The position numbers and the translations under genes were made by a program. A stretch of 62,418 bases of DNA, the filler included, from Sphacelaria rigidula (lineage: Eukaryota): the NCBI GenBank assembly GCA_964200075.2. It is 7 parts of 7 records of this genome, joined end to end, with 100 filler letters (N's around TTAATTAATTAA, not from the genome) between each part and the next. Parts side by side here need not be neighbours in the genome. Positions count along the whole stretch, not along the records: positions 17,866 to 26,696 come from CAXNAA020009995.1; positions 26,797 to 35,627 come from CAXNAA020009996.1; positions 35,728 to 44,558 come from CAXNAA020009997.1; 4 more parts are not named here. The stretch is one strand, 5' to 3'. Positions 24,406 to 36,792 of this stretch are shown here, piece after piece. Under the pieces are notes generated by a model. The model saw only the letters and a list, made by a program, of their open reading frames with translations, had not been told where the DNA came from and did no database searches. The stretch's first letter is position 1. The number at the start of each line of letters is the position of its first letter.

Positions 24406-25016
24406 GGGGCAAGAGTTACAAAGCGTAGACTTGCCAGCATCACGCCTGCCTTCGCCACTGAATCCGAGCATCCCCTGCGCGGCACGCCTCACGGTGCGCC
24501 CATCTGCCCATGCAGACGCGGGTGGAGCAGCGGAGAGGAGCATGTACGCTTACGTGAGATATGTTGTGAAGGTCAAACGTAGTAAACGAGGGTATGTATA
24601 TGCGGCTAAGTATGGACCTAGAGCGGTGACAGAGATGGGAGTGCCGCTTTTATCCACTTTTTCCTCTCGTGTTTCGGCGGGGCGGTGGGGGGTCCGCGGG
24701 GTAGGCGGAGCGACGGAAAGAGCGCTGTGCAGACGGGCCCCCGGCACATTGAGGAGCGTTGGGGACTGATGGTGTTTACGGGACTTCGACCACACTTCCT
24801 CTCGCGCAGTGTACCAATCGGAATTTGACAAAGGCTATAGCACCGAAGGCTTTCGGCCTGGGCGGTTCGCACATGGTCTTGTGCAGCATAACCGAGTTAC
24901 ATACGTGATACGTTAGTCAGCTGGAATCTGACACTGTGATCAACTATCCAAGCACAATTTGCTCAGGGTATAAATATCTCGGAAGGAGTGGAGAGGGGGA
25001 GCGGGGCAGGGGATGG

Positions 25017-25121
25017 GGGGGGTACTCATTCGATGCTTGCCTCAGTCGTTTAACCATTGACCACGCATCCCTTTCGAGACGGAGCACCGTTCCTACTCCT
25101 CATAGAGACACCTCCAACATA
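25017..25121 (-). mobile_element. LINE 3'-end fragment of the same family (further tails at 17614-17663, 26797-26872, 26884-27000, 61553-61597)
   Basis: ggtgtctctatgaggagtaggaacggtgctcc...gggatgcgtggtcaatgg..aacgact.aggcaagca...aatgagtac(c)n. Confidence 0.85.
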
Positions 25122-26696
25122 TAGGTGGAGGGGGGGGGGGAAGCGAAGGGCAGCATTTTCCCCGTGCAGTTTTGTAAATGCGGAGCGCCTGCTGTTTTCG
25201 TGTTTGTTTGTTTCCCTTCGGAAAATGTGTTGAACTTTTATGTTGGGTGTTGAAAGATGGCGGCCTCTCGGAGGCGTGCGTTTTGTGTTTGGTGTATTGT
25301 TGTTTTCTTCGGGGCGGGAGCGGGTATATCGAATGCAAGTGAGGTGGAGATATTTTGTACTGTATGTATTCAAGCGTATGAAGTATGAAACAACGCTATC
25401 GTTGGGAATTTTGTTGGCCGTCTATTTGGAGCGTAGGGACAATGGGGGTGGGCTTATGAGATGAAGCGTTCGTCCACGTTTTTTGCATCAAATTGCGCGT
25501 ATGATCTAAACCAGACGAGCGTCATGGCTTACGCTGATAACTCCGGGACTTTTCGTGTCGGGACTTTTCTACTCTGACTTCTTATTCTCGTTCAATGTAA
25601 TTTAGGCGTAAAATAGATTTCCCCCGGTGTATCACGTATGCCCACGTGTGCCGTGCAGGCTTGCGCACGCATGGATCAACCTTCAACGTGAGGGTTCATT
25701 TGACATAAACAGGAGGGAATTCCAGCACTTTAGCATGATTTGGCGTGCGCATCCATCTCCCCATTTAATTAAACGCCCTCTACTTACATCGCGACGACCA
25801 CTAGGCACGAAGTATTCAATTTTCTGTCTCGAGACCTGAGTATCGTGCACTAATAAATATAATGTGCCCGAAGAAGGATTTCAAAGCATGGTTCGACTGT
25901 CCGAAAATTCGGCAGGGTTCGCACGGGGAAGTACCGAGCGAGCAAGCTATCGTTGAAAGGTACACGCGACGCTGTATATTACCACTTCCGAGCATCTGCT
26001 CGCTTGGTATCCACTCATTCCATACAATGTTGAGAACAACGAAAATACTTGAGAAAAAAAGGCTCCGCATTCATTTTATTCGCTGGCACTTCGAAATATC
26101 ATTGGGGCGATCTCCCTTGACAGCGATTGACGCTTGTTTCGTGGAAACCAGCGGGAGCAAGTGCGCTCGACAACTCTTTCAGCGACTCCTGCGAAACTCT
26201 CGGCCAGTTGACATTCAGGCAGGTGCTCTTCGATTGTATCAGCACCGTTTCGTGTGTGCCTGCATCAGTCTCGGAATTACGGTGACTCACGTGTGCATCC
26301 CCGCCACACCCCCATCCCCACCCGGCCGCAGCGTCCACCGCTTATTGGATTTGCTGTTGGCTGGTCTGACCGGGACCACGACGCCGCAGTGACGCCAATG
26401 CGGTGATGATTGACATCAAGTCTCGGGCCGTCAACTCCTTGTGCCTTCGTGTATTCAGATGTTCGTCGGCGAAAACAACAGGAACGAAAGAGGCTTTCTC
26501 GATCAAAATGATGAGAATGATGTGGGTGTTGGTGCGTATACAGGCTCGTTCACGGTGATCACCCAAAATTGTGTCATCAGCAAATGCCTTCCGCAATATG
26601 CACCCAATAGTCGCATATATTATATCATACTGACCGTAATGAAGAGGCGAAGAGGGTGACATAGCCGGATTTTTGTTCAAGGCCGCAGCGGTGGCG

Positions 26697-26796
26697 NNNN
26701 NNNNNNNNNNNNNNNNNNNNNNNNNNNNNNNNNNNNNNNNTTAATTAATTAANNNNNNNNNNNNNNNNNNNNNNNNNNNNNNNNNNNNNNNNNNNN
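26697..26796. other. Artificial contig spacer
   Basis: N44-TTAATTAATTAA-N44. Confidence 0.97.
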
Positions 26797-27569
26797 CGAA
26801 AGGGATGCGTGGTCAATGGTCAAACGATTTAAGGCAAGTAACAAATGAGTACGCCCCCCCTCCCCCCCCCCCGAACACACACGAGCGCCGGAATGTTGGA
26901 GGTATCTCTATGAGGAGTAGGAACGGTGCTCCATCTCGGAAGGGATGCGTGGTCAATGGCCATACGACTAAGGCAGTCAACGAATGAGTACCCCCCCCCC
27001 CGAACACACCAGATGCATCCGCAACAAAATCAGATACTGTACTGTATATAGGTTTCATTCCAGGGTGTGTGCCATCACGTTCAGCGAGAAACGAAGATAA
27101 ATGACTTCAGCCATTTGGTAGAGTAATCATGGTCTCCCAGTTCAAGTGTGCGCAACGACAGCCTCGCGGAAACAAGATAGGGGTCCCCTGTTACTTCGGA
27201 CATACCGGTATCCCGTCGAACCTCCACACCCTACTGTTGTATACTTCGTTCAAGTTTTTTTTTTTCAATTTCGTGGCCATATAGTCCATGGTTGGCAAAC
27301 TCTAAAACTGCTAAATCCTGACCGTTATCTTACAACAGCCGCAGATTATTCAACGACGAACTCGCAGCAACCCTGATGCCGTGAAGGATCCGCCCTCTCT
27401 CCCTCTCTCCCTCTTTGCCTCTCTGAGTCCTCCTTGCTTGTCCACTTGGCTCATCATACACCATTGTCGAACTCGCTACACACGGCGAGCGCAAACCGAA
27501 GCATACCACTTCAATCTCACCAAGACGCAAAAGCATAGGGAAACCACACTATACTCGTAATCCTCCTCA

Positions 27570-28150
27570 CCTCTACAGGAGCCGCGGCCAAGTCCGTCCC
27601 CGCGCCGCCGGCACCGGTCGCCGACCCGCCCACCTTCCCCCGTCGCCCCGCCGCCCCGGTCCCTACCGTTCGCTGCTGATCCGCAAAGCTGGCTGAGACC
27701 TGCAGTCGGGTGGATCTACTGGCCCCTTCTCCCGCTCCATCCCTCACAGTGCCGCCTCCTACCGCGCTCAGTCGATGCAACCCACGCCCATACCCTGCTC
27801 TTAACGGCGACCTACTACTACAACGAGTACAACTGTTCCTGGCTGTCCTGCTTTCTCGCCCAGTTGCGGCAGACAACGAATCAACGAAGATATTGCGTTC
27901 GATCCCGCGCGGGTTGATTACACCACGACGTCCGAAAATGCAATCAGCACCGGCGGCCAAGGACATGGAAATCCATGCTGACGGTGGCCAGCTATACCGT
28001 CCCGGACCAGCGTTTGCGGTCGCGGCGAGTGAGGCAACGAAAGCCGCTTGAGGAGCGGTGTTGCGTCCACCTAGAGGCGGTTGCCCGCCGGTCCAGCTGA
28101 TCACTTCAGCGGATGGGTTAGCAGCAAGTAGCAAAAACAAAACGCAGGTC
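27570..28150 (-). CDS. Probable 5' coding exon of an unknown gene, divergent from the transporter
   Basis: GC-rich ~190-codon open frame starting with hydrophobic CVLFLLLAA and ending at a strong donor GTAGAG|gtgagg. Confidence 0.4.
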
Positions 28151-29433
28151 TAATGAAGCGAACGAGCAGCCCCCGCCGGCGTGGAAAGGTGCACGGGAAT
28201 GCATATGGAGAAGAGAGAAAGGGGAGGAGGAGGAAGAGAGGAAGGAGGAGGAGAGGGGAGAAGGGGGGGGGGAGGGGGGAGGGGGGGTTACGTATACTGC
28301 GATGGTGTTGACATTGGATCAACCGCCGGGGCCACGTGTGCAAGGCGTACAGGGAGTACAAGCTGTAGCGCTGACAGAGGACGGCATGAGCGTGTATTTT
28401 GGATCGAGGTGCGTGTTGACTGTTGACGATGCGTGCAATGAACATTTCGCTACGGCGTATACTATCAGGTCTTATTTCTCACCAGGTGGAAGGGCATCAT
28501 GTGGCGAACGCTTTTTTCCGGCAGCAGTTGCCAGGCAGCCTGCCTGCAACACATGTACAGTAGCTGGCGGATAGATTTAAATCGACCAACCGCCGGTCTG
28601 AACAGCATGATGCTCATCACATTGGCTTATTATTAGACCCGCGGTCTCGAGCTTGAAAAACCAACGACAAGGCTTACCCTATCAAACATCTCTTTCTGTG
28701 TTTGAAATGGATGCTTCGGCAGTTAACTGAAGGTAGTTCTCTTTACTGTAGAAAATAGCAGATTTACCACGAGCGTACATTTGAGGGAGCGATAAATATG
28801 TTGTAGATGCATGCGGAGGCATCCAAAAAGAAAAGAAGGAGAAGGGAAGAACAAATACGAAGTAGAAAACAGCGTATTCGTTTTCACATTCATTTTCAAC
28901 AGGGGGAACACAAACGATAGGCCAGCACCACTTGAGCACCTCGAGATTTCCCCGCAGCAGCAGCTGGCGTATATATATTTCTAGGGCTGTAAACTGACGG
29001 CTCTGGTCAATAATGGGAAGAGCGAAAAGGATATCCTTTACTACTGTAGGATAGTGTGGGATAATATCGTGGAGTCGCATAAAGTATGACCTATTCACGG
29101 GAGACCCTACACAGCGCTGTCGAGGAATATCTCAAATACTCCGGGCACAATAGCAGAGGCCCACGGCCCACATGTTTCTGTATCCGAGCTTCTATGCTAG
29201 CGCCATAATTTCTGTAGCGTAGGAGGGCTCCTTACCTACGACAAGAGGAAGACCGGGAGTGATTTTCTACGCGCAAAAAATCTTCGATCTGTCGACCGCG
29301 GATCTGACAGAAAGGGCAAAGGCAACAAAAAACAACATAAAACGAATCAAAATAACCCAGCGGAGCGGGCCGGCGTGCTGATAGCGTATGCAGGTGCATA
29401 GCAACCCCTTTCTTGCTTTGTCTCTGGTTACAC

Positions 29434-32400
29434 ATGGGGACGGATGATGACCGCAAGCTTCCATCGCAAGCCTTTATAGCAGATGGGGCCATGGCAAGTG
29501 TCAACACCACCGCAGCCGACAACACCATCGGTTCGGCGCCAACATCGACTTCTAGAAGCAGTGTTGGAAGCAATAGCCAGCAGGAAGCAGTATCTTCCGC
29601 TGGAGGCAGCACTAACGCCGCCGCGACGGACTTCTCGCGCAACCTATACCAGTCTCAAGGGTACACAACCGATGGCCGTAGTACAACCGCCGCCGAGGCA
29701 CACGACCATAATAATCATGATCATGGGAGCCAAGTTTCGTGGTTCGTGGTCAAACTCACGATAATCTCCGCTCTTGGAGGCTTTCTGTTCGGGTATGACA
29801 CCGGGGTCGTGTCGGGTGCGATGCTCCTCATCGCGGACGAGTTCTCGCTCACCGAACTTCAGCAAGAAATCGTCGTGAGCATCACGATCGTGGGGGCTGT
29901 GACGGCCTCCCTCACAGGCGGTCCGACCATGGAACACTTCGGTCGAAAACCAGCCATCCTCACCGCCGCCGTCATCTTTACCCTCGGCGCCGTGCTTCTC
30001 GCCGCGGCCCGGACTTACGGAGAACTGGTCGCGGGACGCCTTATTGTCGGGCTAGGCATTGGCCTCGCGAGCCTGACGACGCCCGTATATATCGCGGAGG
30101 CCGCGCCTAGCCACATGCGCGGTACACTAGTGACTCTAAATACGCTCTTCATCACGTGCGGCCAGGTGGTAGCAGGCATCGTGGACGGTTTGTTCGCGGA
30201 GACGCCTGCGGGGTGGCGGTACATGCTAGGCCTGTCGGGGCTACCGTCGCTGTTCATGATGATCGGGTTTGTCTCTCTCCCTGAGTCGCCACGTTGGCTC
30301 GTCGCCGTCGGCCGCCGACGGGAAGCGCTGTCCGTGCTTCAGACTATCCGCGGGACGATGGACGTTCACGCGGAAGTTGAAGAAATGGTGGAGTCTTCGA
30401 CCGACCGGTCGTCGCTCAATGGCGACAGGCTTCGGGCGAGCGCCACCGTGAACGATCTGTTGGAGGACCCACGCATCAGGCGAGCTCTGGTGCTTGGGTG
30501 TGGGTTGCAGATGTTACAGCAGCTGAGCGGGATCAACACCGTGATGTACTACTCGGCGACAATCTTCAAGATGGCCGGATTCACAATGAATGCGGCTATC
30601 TGGCTGGCAGCACTCACGGCGGCCTCACAGTCTGTCGGCGTATGCTTCGGGTTGTACTTCATTGAGGTCTGCGGACGTCGGATGCTGGTGCTTTCGTCGC
30701 TGAGTATGGTGCGTTTTGTACGATATGTTGCTTGCGGTTGTGTTGAAGCATTTATCCCTTCAGGCGCCAGGAGATGGACGGTAGAGTGCGTCTGACCAGT
30801 CATACTTACTGAGCATTGTTCCCGATCGAAGAGATGGACGCATCTGGGCGGTGAAACTGTCAAAGAGGGATGAGCTATACCGCACCTTCTCAGTTGTATC
30901 TGGATGGAACTGACGTACCAGCTTATTCAAAGGGCATACCCCCGACTTTTCATCGATTGGGGCCAGTGAACACATTGTTACTGCAACAGGATGCGAAGCG
31001 TTTGTGCTTTTTTTCTTGTATCGGTTTCACTGGGCAAGCTATCGAGATCGTCTTTTTGGTTGCCATTAACGATGTAAGTGTTCGCCACAAAGTTTTTAAG
31101 CGATTAGGCTACATGAACCGCTTGAATTTGGTGCATCGTACGTGTGAAGCACTGTCACGCTCAAGATTGCCAGGAAATGCGAGCGTGTCGATACTGCACC
31201 CCCTTCGCCACTATTGGTGTCGTCTGAGACTGCATGATGAGAATTGCCGGGTACCTTGCAAGTATTACCTTTCGATTTCACTGAGAATTTGGTCCACCCA
31301 GTACAAGTTGTCGCTGATTCCCGCATTTTCCCGTATTTTGCAGATCCGTCGTGTTGTATGTGAGCATGGTAGCGTGGTATTCTGTCTGTCTCATATGCAC
31401 CTTCGAAAAAAGAAAGCTGCGCTCCCCTCGTGCGGCACGCCAAGGTATGAGAGTAGTCAAACGGACCGGGGTTTCAATCACTGTCCCGCGGGGAAGCGGG
31501 GTCGATGAAATCAGAGCAGTTTTTGATGGGATCAACTCCCAAATGTGCGAAGAGCCAGTCTGTTTAAAGGACTGTTTTTGAGATATCTTGGGGAAAATAT
31601 GGGCTGCGAAAAATGCGGCAAAACGAAGAAAAAAACACTGTGATGGGTCCATGTAATTTCTGCTCCCACAGGGGTTTCATTATATTCTTCGTTGTTCTTC
31701 GCGCGCGACCGGAAGGCTACAAATGGGAACTTTCAACTACAAGATGCGGCAAAACAAGATTGTAATGCGCAACCGTTGGAACCAAATGCCCAACATTTCA
31801 AGGCATGTAACGCCATCTACAGACCCTCACGTGAGACGAACACCTTCAGACGTATCCACAGTCCACCGCAGTATGGGGCTTTTCATTGGCGTTGATGCGA
31901 TGCTGGGCGAGCAACAGACAACGCTACTTCACTTTTCACGGCCGGTTGAAGCAAAGCCGAGCACAAGATCAACGAGCTGATTGAGAGCTACGCTCTGGGA
32001 TGTCGAGCTTTTGTCGCGCATCGTTTATGTTCGTGATCAAGTTATGAACAGCTTCTAGGGGAGGGATGATATTCGCCGGGGTTCTGATCGTCCATCTCCA
32101 TTTATCGCCGGGCTTTGTGGTTCATGTGGACTCGAAACGAGTGACGACGAGCATAAATCAGTCAGTCCGCCTTCTCTCGGTTGGCATATTTTTTCAACAA
32201 GACGGTCCCGTGGTAATAATGTGAGTAGGCCCATTGTATGGCTTCACATATCTGAGTAATTTTGACATGTGTTATTTTTTCAATGAGGCGACGTACCATT
32301 TTACAATTCGTTCTCTGTAGTTGTATGGCCTGGCGCGCGGACCTGCTTATCTATGGGTTGAGGGGCATATTCCCGCTGCCCCAGACCCGATCGACCCATG

Positions 32401-34222
32401 ACGGGGCGCTCGCCTGGTGCTGGTACGTTGTGTGCTTTCGCTCGGCTGCCCTGCTTTTCGCGCCGGCAGGTAAAGAAAAGACGAATGCCTGCTATTGCGT
32501 CATTTGTGTAGATAACAGCCAAGGTTGTTTTTTACAGATTGAAAGAGCACAGGCCTCCCCCCGTTTTACTTTGAAATAGTGAACTGTATGCCAGTACTGA
32601 ACCAAATACGATTTCACACGTGTACCGAACTGATGTCATGTTCTATGCGCGGTCTCAGCACCTACCGTGAGTCTTGACGAGTCACTGTGGGCACTGCATT
32701 TGCCTCAACCCCTCCTTGTGAACTTCTGAGTTCGAGTTCTGTTCCCGCGGAGCACTCTGAACCCGAGAATATAGTACTTACTCATTTGACAGTAGTGCAA
32801 AATGGAGTATCTCAACATTTCGATATGCGGCCAGAAAATCACTTCACAGGTTCACACATCACGCGCATCACTATCTAATCTATAATGTGCGGTCTTCGAT
32901 CGGCCATCACTCCTGTCGGAGACGCGCTCACCTATGGCGTGGTGGTTTGGGTCAACACTGTAACGCGTGTATATTGATTTCACGTATTGAGCCGGTCGCC
33001 TCGGTGGCTCAGTTGGTAACCTCGAAACCTCCTGACGGTTGAGTAGGGGGGTTCAATTCCTGGAGCGATCTGCGATTTTTTCTCACACCATGCCCAACAG
33101 TGGAGAGCGACTTTGTCGTGGGTACACAAAATTCGACGTAACGGTCGATGAGGGAAAGGGGCTGCTGAACCCCTCTCGCGATCAAAAATAAAGGCAAGCA
33201 CCGCAGAAGGAAGGTGGGGTTCTAAAAAAAAATCTGTGTTGACCTTCCTCCTGTGTGACCCCACCCCGGCTGGTGCGCCCACATACACCGAAAGGTGCAG
33301 ACTGGTACCCAGGATAAATGGGACGACAACACACACAACACACGTATATATAGTAATCTCTATGCTGCACGTGGGACGGTACTATAGCACATCATAACAT
33401 ACCTCACGCGTTCTCCGCTGCACTACTACCATGGCTCCCCGCGGTGAGACACAACATGTGAATGTCTTGCTCGATTCAGCCTTTTTTTACAAACGCACAA
33501 TATACTTACCTGTACTGGTTACAGCAAATTCCTGGCTTGTTTCCCCCCGCTAACATACCTGGCACTATATTAGCGTGAGGGCACTCGGACTTAACCCCTT
33601 CCGCCCGTTCGCGTACGCGATGCAGGTGATCGTGTCGCTCTTCTGCCTGGGTGTAGGTTTTCACCTCAGCGACACCCAATCGGAAGGTTCTGGCTACGGA
33701 TGGCTAGTCGTGTTAGCGATGGTGGCCTATCTGCTCGCCTTCGGGGTGGGTATGTCGAGCATTCCCTGGACTGTCAATGCGGAAATATACCCAACGCACG
33801 CCCGCTCCCTCGGCACGTCGGCATCGACTACGACTAACTGGATTGGCAACGTTGTGGTCAGCGCGACGTTCTTGAGTCTTGCGAGCGATCGCGCACTGGG
33901 CCAGGACGGGGCGTTCTGGCTTTACGCGGCGATAGGCATGGCGGGGTGGGTGTGGCTGTATGGGTGCATGCCGGAAACCAAAGGGTTGTCCCTGGAGGAA
34001 ATTGAGCTGCTTTTCGCGCGAGAGGGGGATCCCGTACGTCCAGGGGAAGGCGATGACGGCGGCTGCGACGGAATTGGGGTTGGACGCGGCGGAGCGCAAG
34101 TTCGTTCCGGCGGGTTCGTGTTGTTGCAAGGGAACTCCCCAGACGGTAAAGATGAGGCGTCAGAGGTGCGCACGGGTAGTGGGCCTTGGAGTAGCTCAGG
34201 GGGGAACGCGAATATGACGTAG
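29434..34222 (+). CDS. MFS sugar porter, myo-inositol/polyol transporter-like (exons 29434-30708 and 33626-34222; ~623 aa)
   Basis: GGFLFGYDTGVVSGAM, FGRKPAIL, PVYIAEAAP..RG, PESPRWL, QQLSGINTVMYY, GRRMLVL, GMSSIPWTVNAEIYP, PETKGLSLEEIE. Phase-0 intron ATG|gtgcgt...gcag|GTG. Confidence 0.93.
32988..33340 (+). mobile_element. tRNA-derived SINE in the transporter intron
   Basis: A-box TGGCTCAGTTGG, B-box GGTTCAATTCC, (CA)-rich tail, 7-bp TSD cacgtat (32981-32987 and 33341-33347). The 3' part is shared with 48095-48213. Confidence 0.85.
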
Positions 34223-35627
34223 CAGGGGGGGGCTGTCTATGCTGGCATTCTCTGAGGGCACGTGAATTTTGCAGCACCTGGAGCCCTTGCGGTGTGTTGC
34301 GATTTGAGGTGAGACGTGACATTACCCGGAAATGGCGCAAAGAATGTGGAGACACGGCGACGACAACACATCGTCGTCTAGCGACCGCATTGTACAGCTA
34401 CGGCATTGCGGTATGAAGTCAGGAACAGTGATTGCCAGCGGGCCAAATGTCAAGGATGATGGTGCAGTGACGGACGGCATGGAAGACCCGGGGGCAGTCC
34501 GTCGAGTGTAATGTGACGGTTTCCTGGCGTGAGTATGTAGAACGAAAGTCTTGCTACAATTGAGCAAGTGTGAAAACCTTTTTCGAAGCCTGTTGTTTAG
34601 TGACCAGGTGGTATTTTTCTAAGTAGCTGAATCGTCTGTGCGCCTTGAAATTGGGTCTTGTTGCGTCACGGAGGAGGGAAACGAGGGTTATTTATAGTAG
34701 CATACAGCAAGTTTTTCGTGGCTCCTTGCAGCCGCAACTGGTTTTCAAGTAAGCAGCCACTCTTGGTTAGCTTGAATCTGCCGATATGTTAGTATAACCC
34801 ATGCGTGCCGGGTGTATGGGTGTCTGCGCGATTTGTGCTTGTCAAATTGGGGTGGTTTTGCGGGGGAAGATCTCGGGCGTACGTGTTCCCCTTGACGGCT
34901 ACAGGCTTGGGCAGCGTGATGTGTTTGTGGAGTCCCTCTATGCCTATTTTCTTTGGTTTCTGTTTTGAGCACCAAGTCACGCTGTGCCATTACAGTACTT
35001 TTAGTGCTAGTGCAACGTTGTGCGCTGGCGAGGCCAGTTAATGGCTTCTCTGCGAGCGACCGGGGAAATACACGTGTTCACAATTTTGTGGGTCACTTTC
35101 TGCAAAGATTTCAAGTAGGACGGGTGAAGTGCCGTCTATTGTGTGAACGTTGCTGTACAGTAAACTTTAGATACGGTGCTCACTCAATTGGGACGTCTTT
35201 TGAACACACGATTGTCGCCATCACTCGGGAGTTCGAGAGTCGATAGGGCGTTGGGAAAATAATGAAGGAAGTAGGTCGTGCTCAGGACAGTTTCTAGGAC
35301 AGTTTCCAATTTTGTGGTGTCGTAACGATACAGAGTAAAACCTCATTCATCGAGGGCGGGGAGTTCAATTGACCGCATCTGGCACGAAAACACGGTTTTC
35401 CGGCTGCAACGCGATGGATATCGAGAAGATGGAAAAACCTAAAGGCGTACACTCGTTCATTGTAACGATCCAGATTGGTTCGGTCGAGCGGGAAAATAAA
35501 AGATCGGTGAGTCCGTACGTCGGTCGAGATTAGCCGTAGAAATAGTGCATTTTCTCGAAACTTGCACACGTGGAACAGCTCATGAGCTACCCCAAATAGC
35601 TAATCGAAGGGGGCTCTCAGATCCCCT

Positions 35628-35727
35628 NNNNNNNNNNNNNNNNNNNNNNNNNNNNNNNNNNNNNNNNNNNNTTAATTAATTAANNNNNNNNNNNNNNNNN
35701 NNNNNNNNNNNNNNNNNNNNNNNNNNN
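35628..35727. other. Artificial contig spacer
   Basis: N44-TTAATTAATTAA-N44. Confidence 0.97.
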
Positions 35728-36792
35728 GGAGAGATGGGTTGATCCCTTGAGACCACGGACTCATCCCGAGGAAGGGGAGGGGTTCAAAGTGTGTGAAAAA
35801 AAAATAGTCGCAATAGGCCTACATTTTATGCAGTACATCTATTGTCTTGTGTAACTATTGGCCATATAATGTCCAAGGCATAACTATCGCACGATGAACA
35901 TCAATGGCTGTGGCACTGTCCCTGCGCTGCAAGGTTGAATATCTTATACTACTATTCCACACGCTAGCACCCTCAATGTAGAAGAGCACCGCACCACGAA
36001 GTATCCCTGCATTGAACTCTCCGCACTGATAAAGGCGTAGCATTGCCATCATCCCAAACGTGACGAGTAAATGCAATCATTATCCTTTTCTAGTTCCAAA
36101 ATATCCCCAACCATGACTCGGGGTGGAGTTTCTCTCAAAGTTGGCTATATACCCCAAAGTCGTATCGTAGTCCACAAGGTGGAGGGCTGGCAGGGGAAGG
36201 ACGGATCCCGTCAAGGATACCCTGAATCCGATTGATTAAGCTGCCGGATGTAGTGAACCCTCTAACCTGACGCTAGTACAAGCGAGGAGAGTCTGACACT
36301 GGACTCGGAGACAGGACGCACATCGTTTTGAGATGTTGACAAGAAAGGTCCGCGAGTCACAGAGACAGAACGGGTGTGATCAGCAAAGAAATGAGTGAGG
36401 GATAGATTGAGTCGCCAAGTTGCATGGAGACCACCCAGCATCACGAAGAGAAACGGGGTAGAAGAATACGAGACCACATGACAACCTTTAATATGCACGC
36501 ACTACATCGCTCCTGCGCTCCGGCAGCCTCTGTGCATTTCCTTGCGGAGGCCTTTAGAGTGCTTGTAAGCTTGCTTCAGGCAAATGTGGAAGATACTCGT
36601 TTTTTTCGACCCAAAATAATTTGGCACGGAGAGGGAAGTGGGCCGAGTGTGGTACCGACTTCAACGTTGGCATGTATCCTACCCCTCTCGAACTGCGCGC
36701 ATCATTTTTGCACCGTCCGATAGAAGCGACAGGTTCACATGGCAACGTGCCCGCGCAGCATTTCGTCGGTGCTGCAAGCGTTATCGTCTCAC

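Noticed and set aside
32990-33075. tRNA gene
   Set aside because: A and B boxes are present but the anticodon arm is not canonical; it continues into a repeated body with tail and TSD, so it is a SINE.
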